64,000 nucleotides of DNA, from positions 28,920-92,919 of the forward strand of contig CAVVLV010000001.1 in NCBI GenBank assembly GCA_963749235.1, in the 5' to 3' direction. The notes below the pieces were generated by a model. The model was not told where the DNA came from, did no database searches, and was given only the letters and a program-made list of their open reading frames with translations. The stretch comes from an uncultured Thermoplasmata archaeon. GTDB taxonomy: Archaea > Thermoplasmatota > Thermoplasmata > Lutacidiplasmatales > UBA184. The position numbers were made by a program, and so were the translations under genes. Below, piece after piece: positions 1-10,170 of the stretch (position 1 is its first letter; the number at the start of each line of letters is the position of its first letter).

Positions 1-102
1 GACTGCACCTGGATCTGATGCTCCAAGATGGCGAGGGCCCGTCGCGAACCGGGGCTCGAGCGTCGGCGGTGGCAAGGAGTAGTTCGGCGCGATGATGCTC
101 AT
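1..102 (-). CDS. 5' end of a probable ABC transporter permease (runs off the window start)
   Basis: ATG at 102-100 overlaps the ATPase stop (ATGA coupling). Reads MSIIAPNYSLPPP, then probably ..RALAILEHQIQVQ after a frame change. Product inferred from position only. Confidence 0.35.
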   Translation of the reverse strand, partial: MSIIAPNYSLPPPTLEPRFATGPRHLGASDPGAV

Positions 103-1031
103 GCGACCCTCCCCGGCGGGCCGGCCCGTACGAGGCGAAGGAAGAGCTCCTCCATCGTCCGCGCCCCCGGCCCCAGGTACCGGATCTGCACCCCGGACTC
201 CCGGGCGGCCTCGAACACGACCCGCTCCCCGTCGGCCGGCCGGTCCAGGCGGAGTTCCGCCAACCCGACCCGCGGCACGATCCCGCGGCGGCGGAGCGCC
301 TCCACGAAGGGGGAGGGGTCGCCCTTGAGGCGCACGACCAGCTCGTCCCGCCCCGTGCTCGCGAGTTCGGCGAGGGGACCGACAGCGAGCAGCCGGCCTC
401 CGTTCAACATCAACACCTGATCGCAGACCCGCTCCACATCCCCGAGCAGGTGGGTGGAGAGCACCATGCTGCGTTCCGGACGCCCGGCGAGGATGCGGAG
501 GAGCGCGAGCATTCCCTCGCGTCCGGCCGGGTCGAGGCCCGCCGTCGGCTCGTCAAGGATGCAGAGTGGGGGGTCATGGACGAGCGCTTGCGCGAGCTTG
601 ACCCGCTGGCGCATCCCGACGGAGTACTCGGAGATCGTCCGGTATCGCTCCTCCTTGAGGCCCGTGAACTGGAGCACCTCGTGGGCCCGGCGAAAGGCGA
701 GCTCCTTGGGGAGGCCGCTGACCCGTCCCATGTACGCCACGAAGCCGATGCCGGTCATCTCCGGCAAGAGGCAATCGTCCTCCGGCATGTACCCCACCCG
801 CTCCCGGATGGAGAGGCCGTTCAGGGACGTGTCCTGGCCGAGCACCGACGCACCCCCGGACGTGGGAGGGATGAGTCCCATCAGCACCCGAAGGAGGGTC
901 GTCTTACCGGCCCCGTTCGGGCCGATGAGGCCGATCGCCCCCTCCGGAAGGGAGAACGAGACCCCCTGGAGCGCGTCGACTTCCCCGAAGCTCCGGGAGA
1001 GATCCCGAGCCTCCAGGAGGAGCGCGGCCAT
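99..1031 (-). CDS. ABC transporter ATP-binding protein (ABC-2/DrrA type)
   Basis: Walker A GPNGAGKTT, signature YSVGMRQR, Walker B ILDEP, H-loop LSTH. Confidence 0.93.
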   Translation of the reverse strand: MAALLLEARDLSRSFGEVDALQGVSFSLPEGAIGLIGPNGAGKTTLLRVLMGLIPPTSGGASVLGQDTSLNGLSIRERVGYMPEDDCLLPEMTGIGFVAYMGRVSGLPKELAFRRAHEVLQFTGLKEERYRTISEYSVGMRQRVKLAQALVHDPPLCILDEPTAGLDPAGREGMLALLRILAGRPERSMVLSTHLLGDVERVCDQVLMLNGGRLLAVGPLAELASTGRDELVVRLKGDPSPFVEALRRRGIVPRVGLAELRLDRPADGERVVFEAARESGVQIRYLGPGARTMEELFLRLVRAGPPGRVA

Positions 1032-1107
1032 CTCACCCGATGGACCGGGCGAACGCCATAACCGTTCCTCCGGACCCCGCGGGGAGTGGTCCGCGGGACC
1101 GGGGACG

Positions 1108-2429
1108 CTACTTCGGGTGGGCGGCGAGGAACTTCGCCAGACGGTCCGTCACGCCCCGGCCGACGTCCTCGAAGTCGTAGGTGACCGTGACGATCGGCTG
1201 GGGGACGTGGATGAGACGGCCCAGGTCGACCGGGCTCCCGTCCAGGACGATCTCCGCCGAGGAGCGTCGGATGGTCTCCTCGAGCTCGTGGATCTGGTCG
1301 GGGCTGTAGCCCATCGCCGGCAGGACCCGGGTCAGGTGCGGGAAGTCCGTGTACACCTTGACGAGGCTCCCCACCGCGGTCGCCTTCGCCTCGACGATCG
1401 TCGCACCGTGGGCCTCCGCCGCGAGGGTCCCGGCGCCGTAGGCCATGCCCCCGTGGGTAAGGGTCGGTCCGTCCTCCACCACGAGGACCCGACGTCCGCG
1501 GAGCTTCTCGCCGTCGACGACCCCCACTCGCAGCGCCCCCCGCACGACCTGAGCCTTGGGGTTCGCGCGCGCGGCGTTCTCTTCGACGATCCGGATGTTC
1601 TCGGTCTTCGCCGAGTCGGTCTTGCTGATGACGATCACGTCGGCCATCCGGAAGTTCGTCTCCCCCGGATAGTAGCTCAATTCGTGGCCGGCCCGGTGCG
1701 GGTCGGCGACGACGAACTGGAGGTCGGAGGCGTAGAACGGGAGGTCGTTGTTCCCGCCGTCCCAGAGCACGATGTCGGCTTCCTTCTCCGCGGCGCGGAG
1801 GATCGGCTCGTAGTCCACGCCCGCGAAGACCACCGTACCGTCCCGAATGTGCGGCTCGTACTCCTCGCGTTCCTCGATCGTGCAGTCGGCCCGGTCGAGG
1901 TCCGCCATGGTGGCGAACCGCTGGACGGCCTGGGCCTGAAGGTCCCCGTACGGCATCGGGTGGCGAACGATGGCGACCCGCCGCCCCTGGGACCGGAGGT
2001 ACCGGGACACGAACCGCGTCAGGGGGCTCTTTCCGGCCCCGGTGCGGACGGCGCAGATCGAGATCACCGGTCGGGTCGACTTGACCGTCGTGTCGCGGGG
2101 CCGGGAAGGAGGAAGTTCGCGCCCGCCGCCTGGGAGATCGACGCCTTGTGCATCACCTCGACGTGGGGGAGGTCGGAGTAGGAGAGGACGGCGAGGTCGA
2201 CCTTCTCCCGGCGGATCAGGTCGGGGAGCTCCGACTCCGGAACGATGGGGATCCCCTTCGGGTAGCCGGGTCCGGCGAGCCCGGGTGGGTAGGTCCGGCC
2301 CGCGATGTTCGGGATCTGGGCGGCGGTGAACGCCACGACGTAGTACTCGGGATGTCCGCGGTACAGGAGGTTGAAGTTGTGGAAGTCTCGCCCCGCGGCT
2401 CCGATGATGACGACCCTCGTGGGCGGCAT
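1108..2429 (-). CDS. COG2403 P-loop protein (cyclic 2,3-diphosphoglycerate synthetase-like, probably arginine synthetase ArcE family); one indel near 2090-2100
   Basis: ORFs 2064..2429 and 1108..2067 join into one ~440 aa protein: GAAGRDFHNFN, AVRTGAGKS, RHPMPYGDL, CTIEEREEYEP, WDGGNND, EDGPTLTHGGM. Confidence 0.8.
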
Positions 2430-2789
2430 GGTGGATTCGTAGCCCGCCGGGAGGTTAAACGGTCCGCGTCAACGGGATTGAACGACCCCCCGTACCATGA
2501 TGTAGCGAGGGTCGGCCCCCTTCCGCGTTGGACACAGGATTATAACCACCGTACGGGGGTTTTGGAGTTGTGAGGCTTACCGGGTCGACGCAGCCCTTTC
2601 CGCGAGCGGGAGGGCACCGACCCCCCGTTCGGAGCGTCGCCCCTTCCGTCCCCCCGTTGGGCGTCCGCAGACTCGGGCTTCCTCTTCGAGAGAACCCACA
2701 GGGTTTTTATGCTGCCCTCCCGGTTGGGCACTGTCTCGACCGTGCGGACATTCCCCGGGATGGGGACGCGAGGCGGGGCTAGGGATTCG

Positions 2790-4037
2790 ATGCCGGGTAC
2801 AGAAGACCGCTCCGCATGGGTCGTGGTCCACACGTCCTTCGGGCGTATCGGCGGGGCAGAGCGCCAGCTCGCGCGCTTCGTCCGGGCCGCCCGGGAGCAA
2901 GGCGAGCCGGTCGACATGTACTACTTCGGTCCCTCGTTTCCGGAGCTCGAGGGCCTGGAAAATCGCTACCACGGCCCCGAATCCGGCGACCCGCTCAGCA
3001 CCGCCCGAGCGTATGCGACCGTCTTGGCCGAACTGAAGGCGTACCGATCGATCCTGATCTACCACCACGTCGAGCCGATCCTGCTCGGGATGATCACGGC
3101 GCTCTACGGCGACAAGTGTGTCGTCTACCTCGGGGAACCGCTGCGCCCGCTGTGGGAGGAGTTCGTGAGCGGCGACCGGTCGCTGGTCTCCTACCCCGAG
3201 ATGAAGGGCACCGTTCAGCAGTTCTACGGCCCCAAGGCGGCCTTCGTCCTGAAGCGACCCCGCCTCATGGAGATCATCGTCCGGGTCCTCCGCCAGTGGG
3301 ACCGGATGTCCATGCGACGCGCCCGCGTCATGCTCGGGAATTCGGCGTTCACCTCCCAAGTGCTCCAGCGCGTGTACGGGCTCCCGGAACCTCCCGGCGT
3401 GGTCTACCAGGGTCTCCCCGACAGCCCGGACGAGCCGAGCCCAGCCGAGAACGGCACGCGCATGGTCCTGAGCGTCGGCGCGTTCATCCCCCACAAGGAT
3501 CAGCAGACTCTCCTCCGCGCCTGGCAGCTGGTCGAGGAAGGGGTCCAGTTCCCCGACACCCAGCTCGTGCTGGTCGGCAATGGCCCCACCCGGCCGGCCT
3601 GTGAGGAGCTGGCTCGCCAGCTCGGGTTGAAGCGGGTCCGGTTCGAGCCGGCGGTTTCCGATTCGGCGCTGGCCCACCTGTACGAGCAGGCGTCGGTCCT
3701 GGTCCACCCGGCGATCGCGGAACCGTTCGGCATGGCGCCGCTCGAGGCGGCGACCCACCGGGTCCCCTCCATCGTCGCGAACTCGGGCGGGATCACCGAG
3801 TTCGTCCGGGAAGGGGTCAATGGCCGCGTCTTTCCTCCCCGGGACGCCCCGCGTCTTGCGGTGCTGATCAAGGGCATGCTGTCCAACCGGGCGGAGTGCG
3901 CCCGGATGGGATTCGAAGCGTACCGGAAGCAGCGCACCCTCTTCACGATCGAGAGGACGGCCTTGCAACTGCTCGCGATGTCGGGACCGGTCCTCGTCGA
4001 CCGCCCGTCGGAGCGGTACCTGGCCACCCCGCACTAA
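2790..4037 (+). CDS. GT4 (GT-B) glycosyltransferase
   Basis: GGAER N-terminal motif and AEPFGMAPLEAA (E-x7-E). Start placed at MPGTEDRS. Confidence 0.9.
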   Translation: MPGTEDRSAWVVVHTSFGRIGGAERQLARFVRAAREQGEPVDMYYFGPSFPELEGLENRYHGPESGDPLSTARAYATVLAELKAYRSILIYHHVEPILLGMITALYGDKCVVYLGEPLRPLWEEFVSGDRSLVSYPEMKGTVQQFYGPKAAFVLKRPRLMEIIVRVLRQWDRMSMRRARVMLGNSAFTSQVLQRVYGLPEPPGVVYQGLPDSPDEPSPAENGTRMVLSVGAFIPHKDQQTLLRAWQLVEEGVQFPDTQLVLVGNGPTRPACEELARQLGLKRVRFEPAVSDSALAHLYEQASVLVHPAIAEPFGMAPLEAATHRVPSIVANSGGITEFVREGVNGRVFPPRDAPRLAVLIKGMLSNRAECARMGFEAYRKQRTLFTIERTALQLLAMSGPVLVDRPSERYLATPH

Positions 4038-4058
4038 GCCGGGGGCGGCCGCGCTCCT

Positions 4059-6158
4059 GTGGACGGTCCGACGGACGCGCGAAGGGAAGCAGCGAGCGGG
4101 GGGCCGCCTCCGACGGGGCTGGTCACCCGCATCCGGTCCTGGACCGGAAGTCTACGGCGCGTGCCGCGCGAGGAGTTCCTGGCGCTCGCGATCCTCGCCG
4201 TCGCGGGGATCCTCTTCACCTACTGGTGGACGGAGCTCAACTGGATCCGGTTCCTGGCGTACCACCTCTCGGTGTACGACCTGGGGGTCGACTACCAGGT
4301 CGTGTGGGCCGCGGCCCACGGCTACTCCATCAACGAGGCCGGACCGAACACGAGCCACCTCATCCTCTACACCTTCCTGATCCCGTACTGGCTGATCCCC
4401 TCCCAATCCGGATTCTTCCTGTTCCTCCTCGCTTTCCAGCCGGCCTTTCTCGCGCTCGGGGCGTTCCCGCTGTACTGGGTTGCGAAGGAGCAGCTCGGCC
4501 GCCGCTGGATCGGCGTCGCCCTGGGCCTCGCCTACCTCGCCTACCCCGCGGTGTCGGGGCCGGTCTGGTTCCCCTTCCACTACGAGGCGCTCTTCCCGAC
4601 GTTGTTCCTCTTCGGATATTGGCTGTACCGCCGAGGGAGCTTCTGGGGCGCCGGCGCGTTCTGGGTCGCCTCCCTGTTCACGGACGTGGGCGCGACGTTC
4701 CTGATCGCCGCCCTCGGGCTCGGCATCGTTGTCGAGCCGGTGATCGCCCGAAGCGGGATCTGGGATCGGATCCGGGGCCGCCCCCGCCCCGCCCCCTTCA
4801 GGGTCCGCACCCGTCGATGGTGGTTCGGCGTCTTCCTCATCGCCGCCGGAGCCGCCGTCTTCTTGGGGCTCGCCTTCTCGTACGGGTTCGAGCAGTTCCT
4901 GTTCTTCACCACCCGGCAGAGCTTCACCTCCGGGTCGGCCCTGGCTCGCGCGATCCCGTTCGACCCGTTCACGAACGGCATCCGGAAGCTGGCGACCATC
5001 TTCTTCCTCTTCGCACCACTTCTCGCTCTCCCTCTCTGGGGGCGGGAAGAGCGATGGGCGCTGATCCCCTACCTCGTCCCCGGACTCCTCGCGATGAGCT
5101 TCACGGGGTTCCTCTTCCCCTTCGGTGACCAGTTCACCTCCTTCGTGTTCCCGATCACGTTCGTCGCGACCGTGCGCGCGTTGGAGCGCCCGTGGGGATT
5201 CCGTTGGCCGACCCCCCCGCCCGCGGCGGCGGTCCCGACGCGGCGACGTCGGTGGGGACGCCCCCGCGCGAACCCGATGTGGGCGGCGTCGAGCCTCCTC
5301 GTCGTGACGCTGGTCTTTGCCCTGATCTTTGCCCCTTGGGGGCCGTTCAACCACGAGATCCGCCAGGACCCGGTGCTCGGAGCCGGCTACTACGACATCC
5401 CGTACGAGCGCTCGTTCAACCAGACGGCGGTGAACGACCTCAACCGGATGGTCGATATGGTCCCGCCCACGGGATGGGTCTTGGACCAGAACAACATCCC
5501 GCAGCTGCTCAACCGCACCGATTGGACGATCCCCGGGTACTACTCGGTCGGCCAGCCCCTCTCCTACGTCATTACCGACCCGTACGACTTCAATTTCTAC
5601 AGCACGAACGCCTTCGGGCCGGTCCCGGAATCGATGCTCAGCTGGGCGAACTACTTCCTCACGGGGGATTGGCACGTTGAAGCGGACGCCGCGGGGTGCG
5701 TCCTCCTGAGTGCGACCGGGAGCGGGCCCCCCGCGTTCTACGACCCGCTCGTCCAGACGTTCACCCCGCACGACTTCCTCGGGGTCGGGCCGTGGGTCCC
5801 CGACCACCAGATCTTTGACGGACCCTACCTGCCGATCGATGGGGCCTACAGCGTGTTTCCTCCCGGGAACTACGCGGTCACGCTCACGCTGGTCGTCGAC
5901 CATCCGCGACCGTCGGACCAGCTCTTCTTCGGGATCGGCTACAACTACAGCGGCGTCCTCTTCACCAACACGTCCATCCTCGGCGCACCCTGGTCGGGGA
6001 CCAACGGGACCGTCTCCATCTCGTTCCCCCTTTCGCTGGCGGAGTACTACCCCGGCATGGCCTTCACGTTGTACGAGACCCACTGGACCGGCCCGGTCCG
6101 GTTCGTATCGGTCCGCGTCGCGCAGACCGCCCCGGCCTTCGGGTCGGTCGGACCGTAA
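4059..6158 (+). CDS. DUF2079-like polytopic membrane protein (putative GT-C glycosyltransferase) with C-terminal extracellular domain
   Basis: YDLGVDYQVVW and WFPFHYEALF motifs, many TM segments, lies between two GT4 genes. Confidence 0.7.
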   Translation: MDGPTDARREAASGGPPPTGLVTRIRSWTGSLRRVPREEFLALAILAVAGILFTYWWTELNWIRFLAYHLSVYDLGVDYQVVWAAAHGYSINEAGPNTSHLILYTFLIPYWLIPSQSGFFLFLLAFQPAFLALGAFPLYWVAKEQLGRRWIGVALGLAYLAYPAVSGPVWFPFHYEALFPTLFLFGYWLYRRGSFWGAGAFWVASLFTDVGATFLIAALGLGIVVEPVIARSGIWDRIRGRPRPAPFRVRTRRWWFGVFLIAAGAAVFLGLAFSYGFEQFLFFTTRQSFTSGSALARAIPFDPFTNGIRKLATIFFLFAPLLALPLWGREERWALIPYLVPGLLAMSFTGFLFPFGDQFTSFVFPITFVATVRALERPWGFRWPTPPPAAAVPTRRRRWGRPRANPMWAASSLLVVTLVFALIFAPWGPFNHEIRQDPVLGAGYYDIPYERSFNQTAVNDLNRMVDMVPPTGWVLDQNNIPQLLNRTDWTIPGYYSVGQPLSYVITDPYDFNFYSTNAFGPVPESMLSWANYFLTGDWHVEADAAGCVLLSATGSGPPAFYDPLVQTFTPHDFLGVGPWVPDHQIFDGPYLPIDGAYSVFPPGNYAVTLTLVVDHPRPSDQLFFGIGYNYSGVLFTNTSILGAPWSGTNGTVSISFPLSLAEYYPGMAFTLYETHWTGPVRFVSVRVAQTAPAFGSVGP

Positions 6159-6162
6159 CCCC

Positions 6163-7263
6163 ATGGCCGTACGCTCGCTCGCGATCGTCCACGCGACCCC
6201 GCCCCGGGGCAACACCGGCGGCCACCGGATGAATCGGCTGATGTATGACCTCCTCGCGCGCCACTTCGACACGCGGGAGTACGCGTTCGCACGAGGCACG
6301 CCTGCGCTGTCCGCGGCGTTCTACCCGTTCTACCCTCTCGCCCGCCCGCTCGCCGAGGGGCTGATGACTCGGTACGATGTCGTGTTCTCGGAGTGGTGCG
6401 GCTACTTTCCGACCCCGGGCGACCTCACCTACATAGGACCCCCGACCCCGCCGCCGGGGGGCCCGATGGCCCTTCGACGGTTGATGGGGGTCGGGCCCCG
6501 ACCGGCGCGCGGGTTCTGGCCGCCGCCCCTCGAGTGGTTGTACTACAATCCCCTCGTGCGTCCGCTCTTCGACGCGGCCGCGATGGACGCGCTCCAGCGG
6601 ATCGGCACGATCTGTGCGACGGGCACGACCATCCAGGCGCAGATCCGCGAGGACCTGGGCCGGGAATCCCGCGTGATCTATCCGGCCATTCCCGCCGACG
6701 AGCTCGCGCAGCTGGTCGCGATGCGCTCGCGGACTCGGGAGCGGCGGGTCATGGTGGTCAGTCGCATCGTCCCCGAGAAGCATCTCGAGGACGTGGTCGA
6801 GATCGCGAACCGGATCCCCGACGTGCCGTTCGCCCTGGTCGGCTACGTTCCGTCCCAGGGGAGCACCTACCTGGGGGAGCTCCGCCGGGCGAGCCGCGCG
6901 GGGAACGTCCGCTTCTTCCCGAACCTCAACGACGCGGCGAAATGGGAGCTCGTCGCCCGCTCGCGGGTCTTCTTGAACCCCTCCCAGAACGACACACTGG
7001 TCATGGCGCTCCTGGAAGCGATGGCAGCCGGTCTTGCGCCCGTCGCGCACGCGAGCGGCGGCCCGCTCGAGTACCTCGAACCCCACCAGACGTACCGGAC
7101 CGTAGAGGAGGGAGTCGCTGCCGTGCGGGCGGCGCTGGACGCCCCGACCGAGCCCGGCCGCAACGAAGGCGCCGAGCGGGCGCGGGCGATCCTCGACCCG
7201 GTTCGGATGGAATGCGAAATCGTCCAAGCGGTCCACGACGCGGCCGGTGCCAAGCGCCGGTAG
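6163..7263 (+). CDS. GT4 glycosyltransferase
   Basis: ATG 6163 (MAVRSLAIVH), SRIVPEKHLE, DTLVMALLEAMAAG, SGGPLE. Confidence 0.85.
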   Translation: MAVRSLAIVHATPPRGNTGGHRMNRLMYDLLARHFDTREYAFARGTPALSAAFYPFYPLARPLAEGLMTRYDVVFSEWCGYFPTPGDLTYIGPPTPPPGGPMALRRLMGVGPRPARGFWPPPLEWLYYNPLVRPLFDAAAMDALQRIGTICATGTTIQAQIREDLGRESRVIYPAIPADELAQLVAMRSRTRERRVMVVSRIVPEKHLEDVVEIANRIPDVPFALVGYVPSQGSTYLGELRRASRAGNVRFFPNLNDAAKWELVARSRVFLNPSQNDTLVMALLEAMAAGLAPVAHASGGPLEYLEPHQTYRTVEEGVAAVRAALDAPTEPGRNEGAERARAILDPVRMECEIVQAVHDAAGAKRR

Positions 7264-7280
7264 GGCGCGAAGCCCCCCGT

Positions 7281-7305
7281 TAGAAGAAGAAGAGAAAGGA
7301 AAGGG
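7281..7305 (-). terminator. Pyrimidine-rich archaeal-type terminator after the Fe-S carrier genes
   Basis: Minus strand reads ccctttcctttctcttcttcttcta about 15 nt after the stop at 7321. Confidence 0.4.
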
Positions 7306-7320
7306 TTGGACCGGGGGCGT

Positions 7321-7776
7321 TTAACCGCACCCGCACCCGCCCGAGCCACAACCGCAGCCGCCGCCCTCGCCGCCTTCCGCGTGGGGCTCGCTGTGGCCCC
7401 CCGCGGGAACATTGGGCGCGCTGATCTTGAAGCCGGTCGCGTTCAGTTCCTGGACGAAGTCGATCTGGGCCCCGTTGAGCATCTCGGCGCTTAAGTCGTC
7501 GACGACGATCTTGAACCCGTTGACGGAGATCACCTGGTCCCCGTTACGGACCTGATCGAACGCCATCGCGAAGGCCGGACCGCCGCCTCCGCCACCGCTG
7601 CCGCACCCGCATCCCCCGCCGCCGGAACCGCAGCCGCCGCTTCCGCAGCCACCGCCGCCCCCACTGGACTGAAGGAATACGCGTACCGCGGTGCCGGGTT
7701 TCTGGGCCTTGATGAGGTCCTTGACCTGGTCCTGCGCGGCTTTCGTAACTTCCAATTTGATTTCACTATCGCTCAT
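7321..7776 (-). CDS. Atypical HesB/IscA-family protein with Cys/Gly-rich expansions
   Basis: HesB framework (VTKAAQDQVK, AVRVF, FDQVRNGD, VVDDLS, IDFV, GFKISAPN) with GCGSGGCGSGGGGCGCG internally and GGCGCGSGGCGCG at the C-terminus. Confidence 0.75.
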   Translation of the reverse strand: MSDSEIKLEVTKAAQDQVKDLIKAQKPGTAVRVFLQSSGGGGGCGSGGCGSGGGGCGCGSGGGGGGPAFAMAFDQVRNGDQVISVNGFKIVVDDLSAEMLNGAQIDFVQELNATGFKISAPNVPAGGHSEPHAEGGEGGGCGCGSGGCGCG

Positions 7777-7850
7777 TCAACGGGGCCTCCTGTGCTCCCC
7801 CATGTTCCAGACCCTAGGGGAGGTATAAAGACCCGGTTCCCGGCGGGTGC

Positions 7851-8180
7851 CTACGCCGAGAACGACTTGCCGCAGGAACAGGTCTCTTTGGCGTTCGGGT
7901 TGTAGATCTTGAACCCGGAGGCCTCGAGTCCGAGGAGGAAATCGACCTTGACGCCCTGGAGGAGGGGCGCGCTCGCCCGGTCGACCACGACCGTGAGCTT
8001 GGGGTCCTGAAAGGCGACCTCGTCCCCCGTCTCCTGCTTGTCGAACGACATCCCGTAGGTGAGGCCGGAGCAGCCCCCGCCCTGGACGTAGAGCCGCAGG
8101 GCCGCTCCCGGCTTGCCCTGCTTCTCCATGATCTTGACGACCTGGTCCCGCGCCGCGGGAGTGACTTCGATGAGCGCCAT
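7851..8180 (-). CDS. iscA: A-type Fe-S cluster carrier (IscA/ErpA/HesB)
   Basis: GGGCSGLTYGM and C-terminal CSCGKSF. Confidence 0.93.
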   Translation of the reverse strand: MALIEVTPAARDQVVKIMEKQGKPGAALRLYVQGGGCSGLTYGMSFDKQETGDEVAFQDPKLTVVVDRASAPLLQGVKVDFLLGLEASGFKIYNPNAKETCSCGKSFSA

Positions 8181-8294
8181 GGGTGGTACGACCGTTCTAG
8201 CCCCACCGGGCGGTAAAAGACTTGCTTACGCGGTGGCAACCGTTTCAGCCCCCATCGAGGAGCCTTATCTATCGGCCCGCGGTGGGCGGGACCG

Positions 8295-9162
8295 ATGTGC
8301 CGATTGTTCGGGCTGCTCGCGACCCAACCGGAGAGCGCCGAGCCGTGGCTCGTCCGCTCCGACCGCTCCCTTCTGGCCCAGTCGAACCACTCCCCCGAGG
8401 AGGCCCAGCGGGACGGCTGGGGCATCGCGTGGGTACTTGCCCTCCGGACGGAGCCGGATCGTGAAGGGCACCGGCGGGGCCTTTGAGCCGGGAGAGCGGG
8501 AGCGCTACGTCCGCACGGCGGGTGAGGCCCAGGGACCCCTGGTCCTCGGCCACCTCCGCCACGCCAGCAATCCCTTGGGGCTCCCCCGCGAGAAGCTGAT
8601 CGCGCTCGACAACTCCCAGCCGTTCGGCACGCACACGGTGCTTTTCGCCCACAACGGCTCGATCCCCTTCCCCAACGAGACGCGCCCCTTCCTCGGGGTG
8701 CACGAAGGAGACGTTCGGGGCGTCAACGACAGCGAGGTCCTCTTCTACCTCCTCCTGCGCCACTTTGACGAGATCCGCGATCCGGTCAAGGCGTACGCCC
8801 GCGCGGTCGAGGACATAGACCGCGTCTGGATCGGTCTGGGGCGGCCCCCGTCGGGCCCGTACTCCGGTCTCAACGTGCTCTTCGCGACCCACCCCGATGA
8901 GCTGTGGGCGTTCTGTGCCTACACCGGCGATCACGGCGGCTGCTTCTTCGACCCGGGCCGGCCCTACTACGAGATGACCTACCGAAAGGATCCGCACCGC
9001 GTCGTGGTCGGGAGCGAGCCGTTCGACCATCTCCACGGGGGCTGGGAGAATCTCTCCTCGGGGACCTTCCTTCACGCGACGCGGACGGCGGAGCACGTGC
9101 AGGTCGAGACCGGGCCGATCCCCATCCCGAACCTCGCCCGAACCGTGCCGGCGCGGGCGTAG
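8295..9162 (+). CDS. Class II glutamine amidotransferase (EgtC/YafJ-like); indel near 8450
   Basis: N-terminal MCRLFG, DGWGIAW, GHLRHAS, FAHNGSI, NDSEVLF, GSEP. Confidence 0.85.
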
Positions 9163-9197
9163 CCGCCCGGCGGGACGGCCGGTGGGCCGGGTGTTCG

Positions 9198-10097
9198 ATG
9201 CCGAGCGAGATGATCTCGGGTCCCGACCTCGGGGCGGGCTATCTTCACCAGCTCACGATCGACCGGGAGGGCGAGCGGACCACGTTCACCTACCACGCCC
9301 AGGAGGGGGGCCAGGACGCGGGAGGACCGCCCAAGGGCTCCCTCGAGCCGTACGGGTACACGCATCCGCCCTCCCCGTGCCAATTCGGGGGTTCGAGGTG
9401 CTGGCACCGCCGCTTCCTCCTCCCGTTCGCGGAGACGGCAAAAGTGCGGATGGCCTACAACCGGTCCCGGTTCGTCCTCGAGGCGATGCTGGGCCAGACG
9501 TACGACGCCGTCCCGGTGAACGTGAAGACCGCGCTCGGCGAGGTCGCGCACCGACTCCAGTCCCCCCTGGCCGCGGAGGGAGTCGATTGGTACATCGGTG
9601 GATCGACCGCCGCGTGGTTGCTCGGCGCTCGGTTGGACCCTCACGACATCGACTTGGGTACGAGCCGGCCCGGGGTCGATCGGATCGCGGCGCTGCTCAC
9701 GGAGTACTTGATCGAACCCGTAGGACCGACCGATTGGCCCCACGCCGGGATCGTCCACGGGGCCCGCGCCTTCGTCGGAACCTTTCGGGAAGGGGCCCGC
9801 GTGGAGTGGTCGGTCCCGATCGACCCTACCGCGACCGGTCGTTGGGGCGAATGGACCGGGCGAACGGGGGAAGCGAGAACCTTGGCCGCCGAGTATGACG
9901 GCGTGTCTCTCCGGGTGACGCGTCCGGAGTATGCGTTGGTCCGCGCCTGGGAATCCAACGCACCGAAGCGCGTAGATTCCCTCCTCCCTCTCGTCCGACG
10001 CATCGGACCGGATCGGGAGCTGCTCGGCGAACTGATCGCACGGTCGACCCTCGTGCCCGACGTACGCAAGGCCGTGTTCCGTTCTCTGGACGTATAA
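9198..10097 (+). CDS. Hypothetical protein with C-terminal nucleotidyltransferase-like domain
   Basis: WYIGGSTAAWLLGARLDPHDIDL matches the hG[GS]x9-13DhD signature of the Pol-beta NTase fold. Confidence 0.6.
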   Translation: MPSEMISGPDLGAGYLHQLTIDREGERTTFTYHAQEGGQDAGGPPKGSLEPYGYTHPPSPCQFGGSRCWHRRFLLPFAETAKVRMAYNRSRFVLEAMLGQTYDAVPVNVKTALGEVAHRLQSPLAAEGVDWYIGGSTAAWLLGARLDPHDIDLGTSRPGVDRIAALLTEYLIEPVGPTDWPHAGIVHGARAFVGTFREGARVEWSVPIDPTATGRWGEWTGRTGEARTLAAEYDGVSLRVTRPEYALVRAWESNAPKRVDSLLPLVRRIGPDRELLGELIARSTLVPDVRKAVFRSLDV

Positions 10098-10170
10098 CCC
10101 CGCCACGAGAGAGAAGTCGGACTTCCGTTCGAGCCGTAGCTTCATAGCCCCCGGCCCGGAGGGCTGCGCC

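Noticed and set aside
2487-2560. 9-bp inverted repeat (cccccgtac / gtacggggg) around a ttataa box between divergent genes
   Set aside because: Short and GC-rich, so plausible by chance in this genome; no second copy or RNA motif supports it.
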